From the NCBI RefSeq assembly GCF_963921235.1, contig NC_086097.1, forward strand, positions 39,744,001-39,808,000: 64,000 bases of DNA, read 5' to 3'. Of the stretch, positions 12,151-24,995 are shown piece after piece (within the stretch, counting starts at the first letter, position 1; each line of letters begins with the position of its first letter). Below the pieces are notes generated by a model. That model made no database searches. It saw only the letters and a list, made by a program, of their open reading frames with translations, and was not told the DNA's origin. The DNA comes from Mobula hypostoma (taxonomy: Eukaryota). The translations under genes were made by a program, and so were the position numbers.

Positions 12151-12944
12151 TATAAAAGTTTTTGAGTTAAAACAAGTGCTCCCATATTTTACACACAGTA
12201 CACCATTACTCATAACGGATGGAGCTTAGCAATTCTTGCAGCTTTTATAGCTTGGCTAAAAAAATGTAGGATTCATTTTATTATAAATTACTTCAATGAC
12301 ATCTCTTGTGGTTTAAATGCACATTGATGAGTGCTCTAATTTTAGTTGACTTCATTAGCATCATACAAATGCTTTTGATGAAGTGCTTGGAGAAAGGGAT
12401 GCATTGTTAAAATTTCCTCACTTATTACGTTAATGGCTCAGTGGTGAAATGTCAAAGATGCTGTTCACAGGATGTGATACTCAGCTTTGATGATAATACA
12501 ACCATATTGGAACCCACTCTGTGCTGGCTTAGGTCCAGGCACATGAACCATTACAGCACAATGGCTGTTGTCAACCCTTCTGAACGTTTGTGAGAATTTA
12601 GTAAAACCGGCTCAGTCAGGTGTAAAAACACCACAGTGCAGCTCCTCCTGGAGCTTGCTTATCTCCTGATTAGACAGCCTTCATTGCTGCCTGAAGAAAT
12701 ACTTGCCTATGTTATTAAGATCACATTTTGTCTCAGCTGAAGTGACAGAAATACTTCTCTTATCATGAGCCTGTCAATGAAAACTACAAGAGAAGTTATG
12801 TCGATGTGTCACTGTGTTTTGAGGACAGCAAAGCACAACTCTCAGTGTTTGATGATAGACATGGATTTGAGTCACAGTATCCACCCCATGGTCCATTGAA
12901 AACCTTCGCACGCGGACGCATCACTCAGTAAGGATGATATTTTT

Positions 12945-13195
12945 AGCACGGTAACATAGTGGTTAGTGTAATGCTATTACAGTGTCATTGACCTGGGGTT
13001 CAATCCCATCCCATCTCTAAGGAATTTTTATGTTTTTCCTGTGACCCCCCTGGGTTTCCTATCAGCGCCCTGGTTTCCTCAAACATTCAAAAGACCTACC
13101 GGTTAGTAGGCTAATTGATCAGATGAGTGTAATTGGGCAGAGCGGGCTTGATGAGATGGTAGGGCCTGTTACCTTGCTGTATCTCTGAATAAAAT
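12945..13195 (+). mobile_element. V-domain tRNA-derived SINE
   Basis: Box A taacatagtgg, box B ggttcaatccc, degenerate V-domain gggtttcct...ggtttcctc. Confidence 0.8.
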
Positions 13196-13332
13196 GAAGT
13201 TTAATCTCTATATATGTTAAAATATCAGGATAAATATACATAGAGTAATAGTTACTATGTTGTTTAAAAAAACAAAGTTTAATATCATATTGTGTGTCCA
13301 TTCTAGCTTTGTTCGATTATATCTTTTACAGT

Positions 13333-13700
13333 GAACATAGACCATAGAAACCTACAGCACATTACCGGCCCTTCAGCCCACAATGTTGTGCTGGCCATGT
13401 AACTTACTCTAGAAACTACCTAAAGTTACCCTACCGCATATCCCTCTATTTTTCTAAGCTCCATGTACCTATCTAAGAGTCTCATAAAAGACCCTATTGT
13501 ATCAGCTTCTACCACCGCCGCCAGCAGTGCATTCCACACACCCACCACTCTGTGTGAAGAACTTACTCCTGACGTCCCCTCTATACCTATTTCCAAGCAC
13601 CTTAAAACTATGCCCCCTTGTGCTAGCCAATTCGACCCTGGGAAAAAGCCTCTGGCTATCCACATGATCAATGTCTCTCATCGTATACACCTCTCTCCTC
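13333..13700 (-). mobile_element. CR1 LINE 3' end
   Basis: RVVGVWNALLAAVVEADTIGSFMRLLDRYM; (tctatgg)-type tail. Confidence 0.85.
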
Positions 13701-14202
13701 TGTTCTATGTTCTCTTCACTCACAGCGGGCTCTGTTTCTGGCGTACCTCCCTCACTGCTGCTGAGCAATGCCCACAGAAACAGGAGTGTCTCTGTGTCAC
13801 ACTTGTGGCGAGCTGCTGCTGAGAATTTCACCATGAACTCTGAGCTCCATTGACTGTGCCTTTGAGGACAGTTCGACTGCAGGCTGCGCAGGGTTTCTCA
13901 CTGTGTCAGTGTTAGTGGCAGAACAAAGTGTGAATTTCAATCCGGCTATTTCAAACGCTTATAATAGCATTCAGAACATCTGCGTCATTTATCGATTTTC
14001 AGCTTTGACATTATATGGTTAAATCAATATAATGTGACAAGAGTCATCCTTCTAATATTTGACACAGACAAAAAAATCAGAGCTGTGAGTGGAATTGTTA
14101 TGTTGCAGAATATCTCTTTTGTTTGATTATACACTGCTGTTTCTTTCAAGCTAATCTGATGGTCATGATAGTACTAGAAGCTGCTAAATTGTCAGTACAA
14201 TA

Positions 14203-14216
14203 GTTGTCATAGTAAC
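14203..14216. promoter_or_regulatory. Candidate RFX X-box
   Basis: GTTGTCATAGTAAC fits the near-palindromic GTTRYCATRGYAAC; motif match only. Confidence 0.3.
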
Positions 14217-15807
14217 GATCCAACAGCTTGGCAACCACTAAATCCAGCTGTTCTCAGTTATGTTACTTTTTAAATAAAGCATGTTATTTAATTATCAGCA
14301 ATGCTCATGTGTAGGAAATGCATAATGATCAAGGCGGGGGGGGGTGTGGTGGTGTCGTGAACTTGGAACTGGCGGCACTTAGTTTTTGGAGACTACATAT
14401 GTCATTTGGGGACCTAAGTGGAGTTTGATGTTTAGGTTCTCAGTTCTGAAACAGCCGTGTAGAAGAAAGACATGGATGAGATATAACCTATAGCTCCACT
14501 GGCAATGAAGTAAGATTACCTTTAATGGCTCCTCTTGGCGTGGACACAATAGGACCAAGGCTGCCTTTTGTGCTCTGAGTTTCCCAGATTTCTGGAGATT
14601 GTTTGTAATGAAGTAGTGAGATTGTGATGAGTAGAGCAGCGGCTGGGAGTAGTGGTGTAGATGGTAGGATGTGTCATTTCAATTTGCATTTACTGACCTT
14701 CCTGTGAGTTTAGCTAACCTTTTGCTGCGTTGTTTCAGTGTCCAGGAGGTGTGATGACAGACATTTGTTTTTGAGGCTGTTTGTTCCTGCTACCTTTAGA
14801 ATGGGTGTCAGGAAGTTTTCCTGTTCAGCTGGCGCTCCCCTACTCTCCACCCCCTCGATGAGGGGCAGAGTAGCTTCATGAGCTCAGTGCCTTTTGTGCT
14901 TGCTTTGACCAACAGAACATGGACTCCCAGAGGACCAGACGGTCCTGTGAGTTCAGTCTCTGAGGCCAACGTGAGGGCATCCTTCGGTGGGGTGAGGTGT
15001 GAACTCATGGAAAGCACTTGGCCCAGAAGGTGTACTTGGCTGAGTACTGAAGACCTGAAGAGAGCTGGAATTTGCACATCCATGCTCCCATCATTCTACA
15101 GAGGCATAGTAGAGAGCATCCTAACAAGTTGCATCACTGCTTGGTACGGGAAGTGCACTGTGGTGGGCAGAAATGCTCTACAATGAGTAACAATTATTTA
15201 GTTCTCCTTCCACTTGTCTACAGGAAATGACATTAAACAATCTTGAAACTTGAACTGGCTGGAGTGTTCTCTGATACCTAAAACCTCTTGCTTCAGCAGT
15301 GTGAGGTACCTACCTGTTTCAAGCAGGCTTCAGTTATCCTGGCGCCCAAGAGGAACATGGTAACCTGTCTCAATGACTATCGTCCAATTGCATTTACTTC
15401 CACTGTGATGGAGTGCTTTGAGAGGTTGATCACAAAGCATATCAACTCCCGCCTGAGGAGCGACTTGGAATTGCTCCAATTTGCCTCCCCTCACAATAGG
15501 TCAACAGCAGATGATCAATACTGTCATCTGCTCAAAACTAATCGATAAGACCAAGGCCTCAATACCTCTAGGTGCAACTGGATCTTTGATTCCCTCGCTT
15601 GCAGACACCAATCAGCTCATATTGGCAACAAAATGTCCTCCCCAGTCACCATCAGCACAGGTACACAACAAGACTGTGTGCTTAGCCCCCTGCTTATGAC
15701 TGGTACTTTTTACTTACGACTGTGAGGCTAAGCACAGCTGCAATACCATGTTTAAGTTTGTTAACAATGCCACCTTTGTTGGCCAATTTGAAAGTGGTGA
15801 CAAATCC

Positions 15808-16496
15808 ACCCAGGAGGGGAGAGAAGATGGCGGTACAACGGCAGCACGCGCGGCCACTCCGGTGAATGATATCTGTAATCTGTCAAGTAGGGGACCATGC
15901 ACAATTCTGATTTGACGGAGACAGATGTGAGAGCACAGCGGAACATCTGGAAAATTTCTGAAATGCCTGTTTCGCTGCCGCTGCTACTGTGTGGTAACCG
16001 GAATCTCCAGAGCTGAAGGCCTCGAAATCCTCGGCTTTGCGTGTTTCAGCGGCCGGGGAGAAGTCGAAGGCGCTCGGCAGAGGATGGCGCTCGGGAGGTT
16101 GTATCGGAGAGGCTGGTCGGAAGCTCGAAGTTTTCGGACGGATGGACTCAGTGTCGGCTGTGGTCGGCTGCTTCCAAGATATCGGCAAGTTGACAGTGCC
16201 TGGAGGTTTTTGGCAGGGAGTTTCTCCCTTTTGCCGCCTACTATCGAGGACTTGGGAGTCAATTGACTCGGGACTTTGAGACTTTTTTTTTACTGTGCCC
16301 ATGGTCTGTTCTTCATCAGATTATGGTATTGTTTTGCAGTGTTGTAACTATGTTATAATTGTGTGGTTCTGACAGTGTTAGGCTTTGGTCGGTCCTGTTT
16401 TCTGTGATATCGCTCTGGAGAAACATTGTATCATTTCTTAATGCATGTATGCATTTCTAAATGACAATAAAAGAGGACTGAGTGTTCTCATAAACT
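15808..16496 (+). mobile_element. Non-autonomous, non-coding retroelement, family A
   Basis: Homologous end to end with 56790-57425; 5' aagatggcg; 3' tgacaataaaagaggactg; interrupts Rex1 RT at gacaaatc|agcatatagg. Confidence 0.7.
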
Positions 16497-17021
16497 AATC
16501 AGCATATAGGAGGAAGATTGAAGATCTGACTGAATAGCGCTATGGCAGCAGCCTCTCACTCAAGGTTAGCAAAACCAAAGAGCTACAGGAAGAAGAAAGC
16601 AGAAGTCCATGAGCCAGTCCTCATCAGGGGGTCAGAAGTGGAGAAAGCCAGCAACTTTAAATTCTTTGGCGTTATCATTTCAGAGGAACTGCCCAGGGTC
16701 CAGCATGTAAGTGCCATTGCAAAGAAGGCACGGCAGCGCTTCTGGTTGCTTGGAAGATTTGGGATGTCATCTAAAACTTTGACAAATTTCTGTATGGCCT
16801 GGTATGGAAACAGCAGGCCCTTGAAAGGAAAAGCCTAGAAAAAGCAATGAATACAGCCCAGCCCGTCACAGGTAAAGCCATTGAGCACTTCTACATGGAG
16901 CACTGTCACAGGAAAACAGCATCCATCATAAAGGACACCCACCACCCAGTCCATGCTCTCTTCTTGCTGCTGCCATCAGGAAGGAGGTTCAGGAGCCTTA
17001 GTTCCCACACCACCAGCTTCA

Positions 17022-17953
17022 TTTGAAAGATTTGAAGTACATTTATAATCAAAGAATGTATAAATTATACAACCTTGAGATTTGTTTACTTACAAAGCAA
17101 GAAACCCACAGGAACCCAATTAAAGAGGGAAAAAAATGAAAGACCAACACCCTATGCCCAAGAGAAAGGAAAAAAAAGATAAATTATACAAACAATTGAA
17201 GCGAACAGCAACATTCTGAACCAAATTGAGTCCTCAGGTCGAAAGCCCAGAGCAGCCCAGAGTAGGCCCAAAGGCTCGCTTATCAGTTCATCATATTAAT
17301 GAGCACGGAGCACAAAGCAGTCTGAACAGCAGATTGTACCTCGCACTAGGACACAGCTACTGTGAAGGGCTCAGGGCCTAGACCACACTGCCCAGCGACT
17401 CGCTGTGGGCCCAAATTTCACCGTCCAGTGAGAAGCAGCTCTCAAGCTCTTCAGATCAGCCTGGTGCCCAGAGCAGTCCAACCTTGCACTCGGGACAGTT
17501 GTATGGGCATCGAGAATCCACTGCCCCGACCTCTCTCGGCACCCAGCGCGATCTGAACCCGCACCCGGGCCAGTTGGGCGGGCATCGAGAGTCCACTGCC
17601 CCGACCTCTCTCGGCACCCAGCGCAATCTGAACCCGCACCCGGGCCATTTGGGCGGGCATCGAGAGTCCACTGCCCCGACCTCTCTTGGCACCCAGCGCG
17701 ATCTGAACCCGCACCCGGGCCAGTTGGGCGGGCGTCGAGAATCCACTGCCCCGACCTCTCCTCTCCGACTGGCTCATTCTATCTGCATCGATTCTGCAAG
17801 GCACCATCCCAGCTCATCCCCTGAACCTGTTTCACCTCACTGTTTGCAGCGATTATTCAACACAATTTACCTCAGAAAAGGCATTTTTAGTGATTTGTTT
17901 TTTTTTGCTTTTACCAGTGACCTGTTGCACGCAGTGCTACCTTAACCGGAAGT
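17022..17953 (-). mobile_element. Non-autonomous element, family B, containing a 75-bp tandem array
   Basis: Minus-strand 5' end acttccggttaagg; Rex1-like 3' tail; interrupts Rex1 at ccagcttca|ggaacagtt. Confidence 0.6.
17505..17760. repeat. GC/CpG-rich 75-bp tandem repeat, about 3.4 copies plus a degenerate upstream copy
   Basis: gggc(a/g)tcgaga recurs at 17505, 17580, 17655 and 17730. Confidence 0.92.
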
Positions 17954-18759
17954 TATAATGTTAGTCGGGAACAGTTATAACCCCTCAACCATCAGGCTCC
18001 TGAACCAGAGTGGATAACCATTGAAATGAGACCAACCGATGCACTCACTTTCAAGTACTTCACAACCCATGTTCTCAATATTATTTCTTACTATTTTCAC
18101 AGTATTATTATGGATTTTTCTTTTCGTATTTGCACAATTTGTTGTGGATTGGACATTGGTTGGTTGTCTGTTTGTGTGTTGTTTTTCATTGATTCTATTG
18201 TGTTTCTTTGAATTTACTGTGAATGCCCACAAGAAAATGAATGTCAGGGTGGTATATGGTGACATATTTATTTATCTAAAGAGACAGCATGGAAAAGGCC
18301 CTTCCGGCCCGAGGAGCCACACCACCCAGCAACCCATCTATTTAACATTAGCCTAATCACAGGTTAACTTATAATCACCAATTAATCTACTAACCATTAC
18401 ATCTTTGGATTTTGGGAGGAAACCGCAGTACTGGGAGGAAACCGGAGCACCTGGAGAAAACTCATGCAATCACGGGGAGAACAGATCAATTATGTACATT
18501 GATAATAAATTTACTTTGAACTTTGGGCTTTGAAGTAATGCTGTCAAATTTAATTGATGGTAGCCACTCGTAAGCTGGATTCTACTGATACATAAAGTTG
18601 ATTACCAATGGTTAGTACTGGCTGCCTCCAAGGACCGTTGTAATGAATGGACATTACAGAACTGGTACTCAGCATGCATTGAGATCAGATCACACATGAA
18701 TCACACGTCTTTTAACCCACTCGTTTCTGGTGGCTGTCCAGTTTAACCCCTGTGATATT

Positions 18760-19440
18760 TTATCTCTTGCTTGTTACTACATGCTGTTTACAATCTTTTC
18801 GAGACTCAAGATGCAAGATTGTTCACGGTCATTCGTCAGTACACAAGTGTAAAGGAGGACAGAAGAATTGTTGCTCTGGATCTGATGAAACATATAAAAA
18901 CAATAAGCATAAAGAGCACAATAAAAATAAATCATAATATTAGCTTATGTACAGAGAATGGTTCATGTAGATAAAGTGACGCTGGGTACAGGAGTGCCTA
19001 TACATATGGTGACTCTGACTGGAAATGATAAAATAGTGGTGGTGTGGTGGGTTAATGAGTGGAGGTGTTGATGGCTCGAGGGAAGTAGCTGTTTTTGAGT
19101 CTGGTTGTTGTGTTGTGGACGCCGTACAGCCCCTTCTCTGTTGGGAGTGGCACAAACAGTCCATGAGCAAGGTGGGTGATATTGCTGACCTTTTCCACGG
19201 CACCTTTCTGTATACAGGTATATGTCCCTGATGGTGGGTAGGCTGGTGTCAGTGATGCATGTGTTCCCATCTTTGAGCCCACCTGCCCACTGCAGTGCAG
19301 TTTCCATTAGCACAGTGATGCAGCATGTTAGGATGCTCTCAACTGAGCACTCGTAGAAGGTTGTGCGTATTTATGTCCATTGTCCAGCTGCCTTCTGTTT
19401 CCTCAGAAATATATTGGTCAGCTATCTTGACTGGTGAGCT
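18760..19440 (-). mobile_element. Rex1/Babar LINE 3' portion
   Basis: LFVPLP..TTRLKNSYFPRAI C-terminal motif. Confidence 0.75.
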
Positions 19441-20231
19441 TTCTCTTGCTGTGGTTTTACACTTTTATCTCAGCATTTTGTCTTTATTTTCCATTTTGAA
19501 AATATAGTTCTCACAAGTGATACGTTTTGATTAATCACAATAATCATTGATTTATCCAGTTCTGAATTAAAGATTATTGGGCTGAATCATTAACTCTGAC
19601 CATTAGAAGCTACCTGACCAGCTAATATTTTGCAGCACTGTTTTTATACGAAGTTTTACTCGTGTTTAATTGGTTTCTCTGACATATGGTAACGTTCTTC
19701 AGTAGACAGCAAGAGGACAGATCATTCAGCAGAGGCAAAAGAAACTCCAATTCCCAATCAAGAGAGAGCGGTTTGCATTTTATGGTCTGCTGGGACCTTT
19801 TAAGAGACACTATGATTGGTGTCCTTGCATGAGCTCAAAGAATAAAATGCAATGTTAAAGAGCAACTTCAGCCTAAAGCAGAGTTCCCACAGAGCTTGGA
19901 AAAAAATAGACAAGCTGGAAATATGAAGGGGAAGCGGAAAATCTGAATGCACTCAACAAGTCAGGCACCTGTGGAAAGAGAAACAGGGTAAATGTTTTGG
20001 GTTTGCACTGAGGTGCAGGGGTTAAATCTACACAGCTCCAGCATCTGGATTCAATCCTGATCTTCAGTGCTGAGTGGCTGGTGATTGTGCTTTCTCCCTG
20101 TCACCATACGACTTTCCTCCAGTTTACTCCCACACCTGAGTTTTATAGGTTGATAGGTTAATTGGTGAGAAATAACATCTGGGGAGAATTGATGGGAATG
20201 TGGGAAGAATAGAGTATAGAGAAAGTTAGGT

Positions 20232-23010
20232 CATAAGACCACAAGACATAATATGCTCCACCATTCCATCATGGCTGATTTATTTTCCCTCTCAACCCCA
20301 TTATGCTATCTTCTCTCTATAATCCTTGGTGCTCTTACTAATCAAGAATTTATCAACCTCTGCTTTAAATATACCCAAAGACTTGGCCTCTGTAGCAGTC
20401 TGTGGTAATGAATTCCACAGATTCACCACCCCTTGTCTCTGTCCTAAAAAGGATATTCTTGTACCTAGATCCTGGTCACTGGTCCTTGACTCCCCCTCTA
20501 CATCAAACATCCTTTCTCTGTCCCTTCTATGCAACCCTTTCAATATTTGGTAGGTTTCAATTAGATCTCTCGTCATCCTTCTGAACTCCACCAAGCGCTC
20601 CTCGTACGTTAATTTTCATAATCCTCATCCTTGTCCTTTCATTCCCGGGATCTTCCTTCTGAACCTCCTCTGTACTCTCTCCTCATCTTTCCTTAGATAT
20701 TTCTATTTATTTATTTCGAGATACAGCGCAGGACAGGCCCTGCTGGCCCAACGAGCCACACTGACCGACAACCAGGCCATTACAAAGAAGGCACTAGCCT
20801 AGAACAATTTACATTGACTGATTAACCTACTGACCTGTAGATCTTTGGACTGTGGGAGGAAACCCATGCGGTCATGGGGAGAACATACAAACTCCTTACA
20901 GTCAGCACCAGAACTGAATTTCCCTGAGCCCTGAGCTGTGATAGCACTGCACTAATTGCTACATGACCGTGGCACCCTAACTGCTCACAATTCTCCAAAT
21001 GCAGTCTGACCAATGCCTTATGAAGCCTCAGTATTACGTTCTTGCTCAGCATTATATATTTTGTCCTCTCAAAATGAATGCTAACATTGCATTTTCCTTC
21101 CCTACCGCTGAATCAACTGGTAAGTTAACATTTAAGGAGTCTTGCGTTTGGACTCCTATATCCTCTTGCACCTTTGATTTCTGAATTCGCTGCCCAGTTA
21201 GAAAATGTTCCTTCCTTTATTCCTTCTAACAAAGTGCATGACCATATACTTCCCAACACCGTATTCCATCTGCCACTTCTTTGTCCGTTCTCCTCATCTG
21301 TCCAAACCTTTCTGCCGGCTCTCTGCTTCCTCAACTCCACCTCACCCCCCTACCTATTTTTTGCATTGTCTGCAAATTTTCCCGCAAAGCCATCAATTCT
21401 GACATCCAGATCGTTAAGATATAAGGTGAAAAGTAATGAGCCCAACACTAAGCCCTGTGAAACACTGCTTGACACCGGCAGCCAACTGGTATTCCCACTC
21501 TTTACCTTCTGATAGTCAGCCAATCTTCTATCCATGCCAGTACCTTCCTAACTTTCCTGTCCTTTGCCTTCTTTCCTTCTTAAAGAGTGGAGTGACATTT
21601 GTGATTTTCCATTCTGCGACCATTGAAGTGGCAAGGAAGTGAAGCAGTTAGTATAGTACTTTCCAGCACCAGCGATCACAAATGGGGTTCAATTGCTGCC
21701 TGTTCATGTGACCATGTGAATATCCCCCAGGCGCTCTGATTTACTCCCACATTCCAAAAACGTATGGGTCCGGGTTAGTAAGTTGTGGACGTGCTATGTT
21801 GGTGCTGGAAGCACAGCGACACTTGCAGGCTTCCTCCAGTATGCATTCAGAGTGTGTCGATCGCTGATGGAAATGACACAATTCACTGTATGTTTCGATG
21901 GTTTGATATACATGGGACAAATAAAGCTCATTTTATCTTAAAAATCTGGAAATCTTAAAGATCACTACTAACGCTTCCAGAATCTCTTCAGCGACCTCTT
22001 TCAGAACCCTGGGGTGTAGTTGCTTTCTATTGGTTTTTAATATTCAATAGGTTTCAATGGAATCCCTCCTCATTCTTCTAAACTCTAGTGACTATAGGCC
22101 CAGAGCCATCATACATTAACCCTTTCAGTCCCACAATCATTCTTACAATCCTCTTCTGGACCCTCTCCAATGCTGGCACATCTTTTTTTAAATAAGGGGC
22201 CCAAAATTGCTCACAATACCACAAGTGCATTCTGACCAAAGCCTTATAAAGCCTCAGCATTACAACCTTGCTTTTATATTCTAGTCCTCTCGAAATGAAT
22301 ACTAACATTGCATTTGCCTTCCTCACCACCGACTCAACCTGCAAGTTAACCTTTAGGGAATCCTGCAGAAGGACTCTCAAGTCCTTTTGCACCCCTAATT
22401 TCAGAATAAAACCATAAGACAAGTCAGCAGAATTAGGCCATTCAGCCCATCAAGTCTGCTCTGCCATTCCATCATGGCTGATCCCTGATCCACTCAACTT
22501 CATGTTCTCCCTATTTTGAAATAGTCTACACCTTTATTCCTTCTAGCAAAGTGAATAACCACACACTTCCCTTCACTATATTCCATCTGACCACTTCTTT
22601 GCCCTTTCTCCTAATCTGTCTAATTCCTTCTGCAAGCTCCCTGCTTCCTCAGTACTGCAGACCTCGCCACCTATCTTTGCATCATCTGCAAACTTGGCCA
22701 CAAACCATCAATTCCATAATCCAAATTATTGACTTATAATATGAAAAGAAGCAGTCCCAAAACTGACCTCCGCAAACTGCCATTAATCAGTGGCAGCCAA
22801 CCAGAAAAAGCCCCCTTTATTCCAACTCTTTGCCTGCTGTCAGTCAGCTGATCTTCTATCGATGCTAGTATCTTTCCTGTAATACCATGGGCCCCTATCT
22901 TGCTTAGCAGCCTCATGTGGGGCACCTTGTCAAATGCCTTCTGATTGATGCTGATTGATGTTCCTTTGTCTATCTGCCTGTTATTTCCTCAAAGAAATTC
23001 CACCAGATTA
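20232..23010 (-). mobile_element. Mosaic of CR1 LINE fragments, with SINEs inserted at about 20705-20978 (minus) and 21640-21930 (plus)
   Basis: GFAGKFADN, LRLYKALVR..CEQFWAPYLKKD, VVNLWNSLPQ; two (tcttatgg)-type tails near 20232 and 22410. Confidence 0.85.
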
Positions 23011-24995
23011 AAAAATGAAAGAAAAGTTGAAATATAGCTATTAAATGAAGGTCACTGTCTCCATTCAAACAAATAGGTCACACTGGCTATACATGGTGAA
23101 ATCTGAGGGGCCAGGTATAAAGCACGTTTAGCTCCTTGGCTGAGTTACTTATGGAACCTTCCCTGCACTTACCAGTGGGTCCAAGGGCAGAACAATAGCT
23201 CAGGTATGCAGGTCCGGGTCCTCAGTGCCTTCCCAAGCTGTGTTTTACAGTGCACACACACAGGTTCTGGAATACGCCTCTGCATATGCCTTTTCACTGT
23301 TATCTAAGGACTTGCTGTTGTCGCTGGACATGCCAACCAGCTAACAACACACTGCATTTATTTGAAGTGTTACACGCTTCAGGAATACTTCCTCTACATG
23401 GTCTGCAGAGGGTCAATCACTTCCACCTTGCAAATGCAGGAAAGGCATTGGCATGAGTGATAAAGTGTTCTGAGAGGTTGGTGATGGCCAGAATTAACTC
23501 CTGCCTGAGCGAGAACCTGGATCTGCTGCAATTTACCTCTCACCACAATAGGCCGACAGTGGACTCAATTTCACTGACTCTGCACTCAGCCTTGGACTAT
23601 CCGGACAAAAGCAGAGGATCGCCAGGCTGCTGTTTAACAATTACAACTTAGCCTTTGACACCATTATCCCCTCACTACTAGTCAACAAGCTTAAAACCTT
23701 GGCCTCTGCACCTCCCTCTGCAAATGGGTTCTTGGTTTCCTCACCAGGAGACCACAACCTGTGCAGATCATAATAACATTTCTGTGCTGTCTATGTTTTA
23801 CCACAGAACTGTAGCCATTTAAAGGGCACACTGATGATTCAGCCCATCGTATCTATGATGTCTCCATGTGCTAACAATCCTAAATTATTCCTGTGTCTCT
23901 GTTCTCTTGCTACACACTTCAACTCCATCAAATTTCATACACAGTTATCTGCCTCATTCGAGTCCCAGCAACTCCCCCTCGCATTGCTCTGCTTCCTGTG
24001 ACATTTTCATCACTAACACTCCAAACAGAGAAAAATCACCATTATTAAAACCTTTCATAATCTTTTATTTCATGTGTTTTAAAATCAAATTATTACGGTT
24101 TTGTTAGTTTAAATCTGTTTTGGATTAGCTACTTCATTGGAAAAATGTTTAATTATTTCACATATCTAAATGCCTTTTTTAACTTTATGGTGTTTTCTTT
24201 AATGCAGTGCTTGCAGCTCTATTAGTTAAAACTTATTCACTGTTGCCTAGATATTTATCACTGATTCTTACTAGGTATTTATAAAATACAGGTTTACTTT
24301 TGTAAAACACAGGTACTCAGAAATTCATAATTCTCTGGTGGTGTACTGATCACTTAACAAATAGTCAAGGTCTGACTATTGAATACTATTGATGCATACA
24401 TTAGGCTACTCTTCATTGAGCACAGCTTGGCATTCAATACTATTATTCCCTTTAAACCAATCAATAAATTTCAAGTCCTAGGCCTCAGTACCTCCTTGTG
24501 CAACTGGATCCTTGACTTCTTCACTTGCAGACCCCAGTCAATTCAGATTGGCAACAGCATCTCCTCCACAACGTCCCTCAGCACAAGTACACCGCAAGGC
24601 TGTGTGCTTAGCCCCCTGCTCTGCTCACTTCTACTTCTGACTTTGAGGCTAAGCACAGCTCCAATGCCTTATTTAAGTTGGCTGATGATACCACTGCTGT
24701 TGGCCAAATCAAAAGTTGTGAGAAATCAGCATATAGGAAGAAGGCTGAAAATCTGCCTGAGTGGTGTCATAACAACAACCTCTCACTCACTGTCAGCAGA
24801 CCAAGAGGATGATTATTGACCTCAGGAGGAGGAAACCGAAGGTCCATGAATCAGTCCTCATCGGGGGATCAGCAGTGCGAGTGGAGAGAGTCAGCAACTT
24901 TAAATTTCATGGTGTTATCTTTTCAGAGCACCACAATAAACGCACAGCAGCACCTCTACTTTCGCAGAAGTATGCGACAATTTGGATGTCATCTA

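Larger units (their letters stand above)
14880..18530 (+). mobile_element. Decayed Rex1/Babar LINE pieces hosting three nested insertions (15808-16496, 17022-17953, SINE 18268-18487)
   Basis: VPTCFKQASVI..TCLNDYRPIA..CFERL; the Rex1 sequence resumes collinearly after each insertion and ends in aataaatttactttgaactttg. Confidence 0.8.

Noticed and set aside
17451..17945. ORFs with 25-aa repeats on both strands
   Set aside because: A by-product of a GC-rich 75-bp unit (a multiple of 3); no protein similarity recognised
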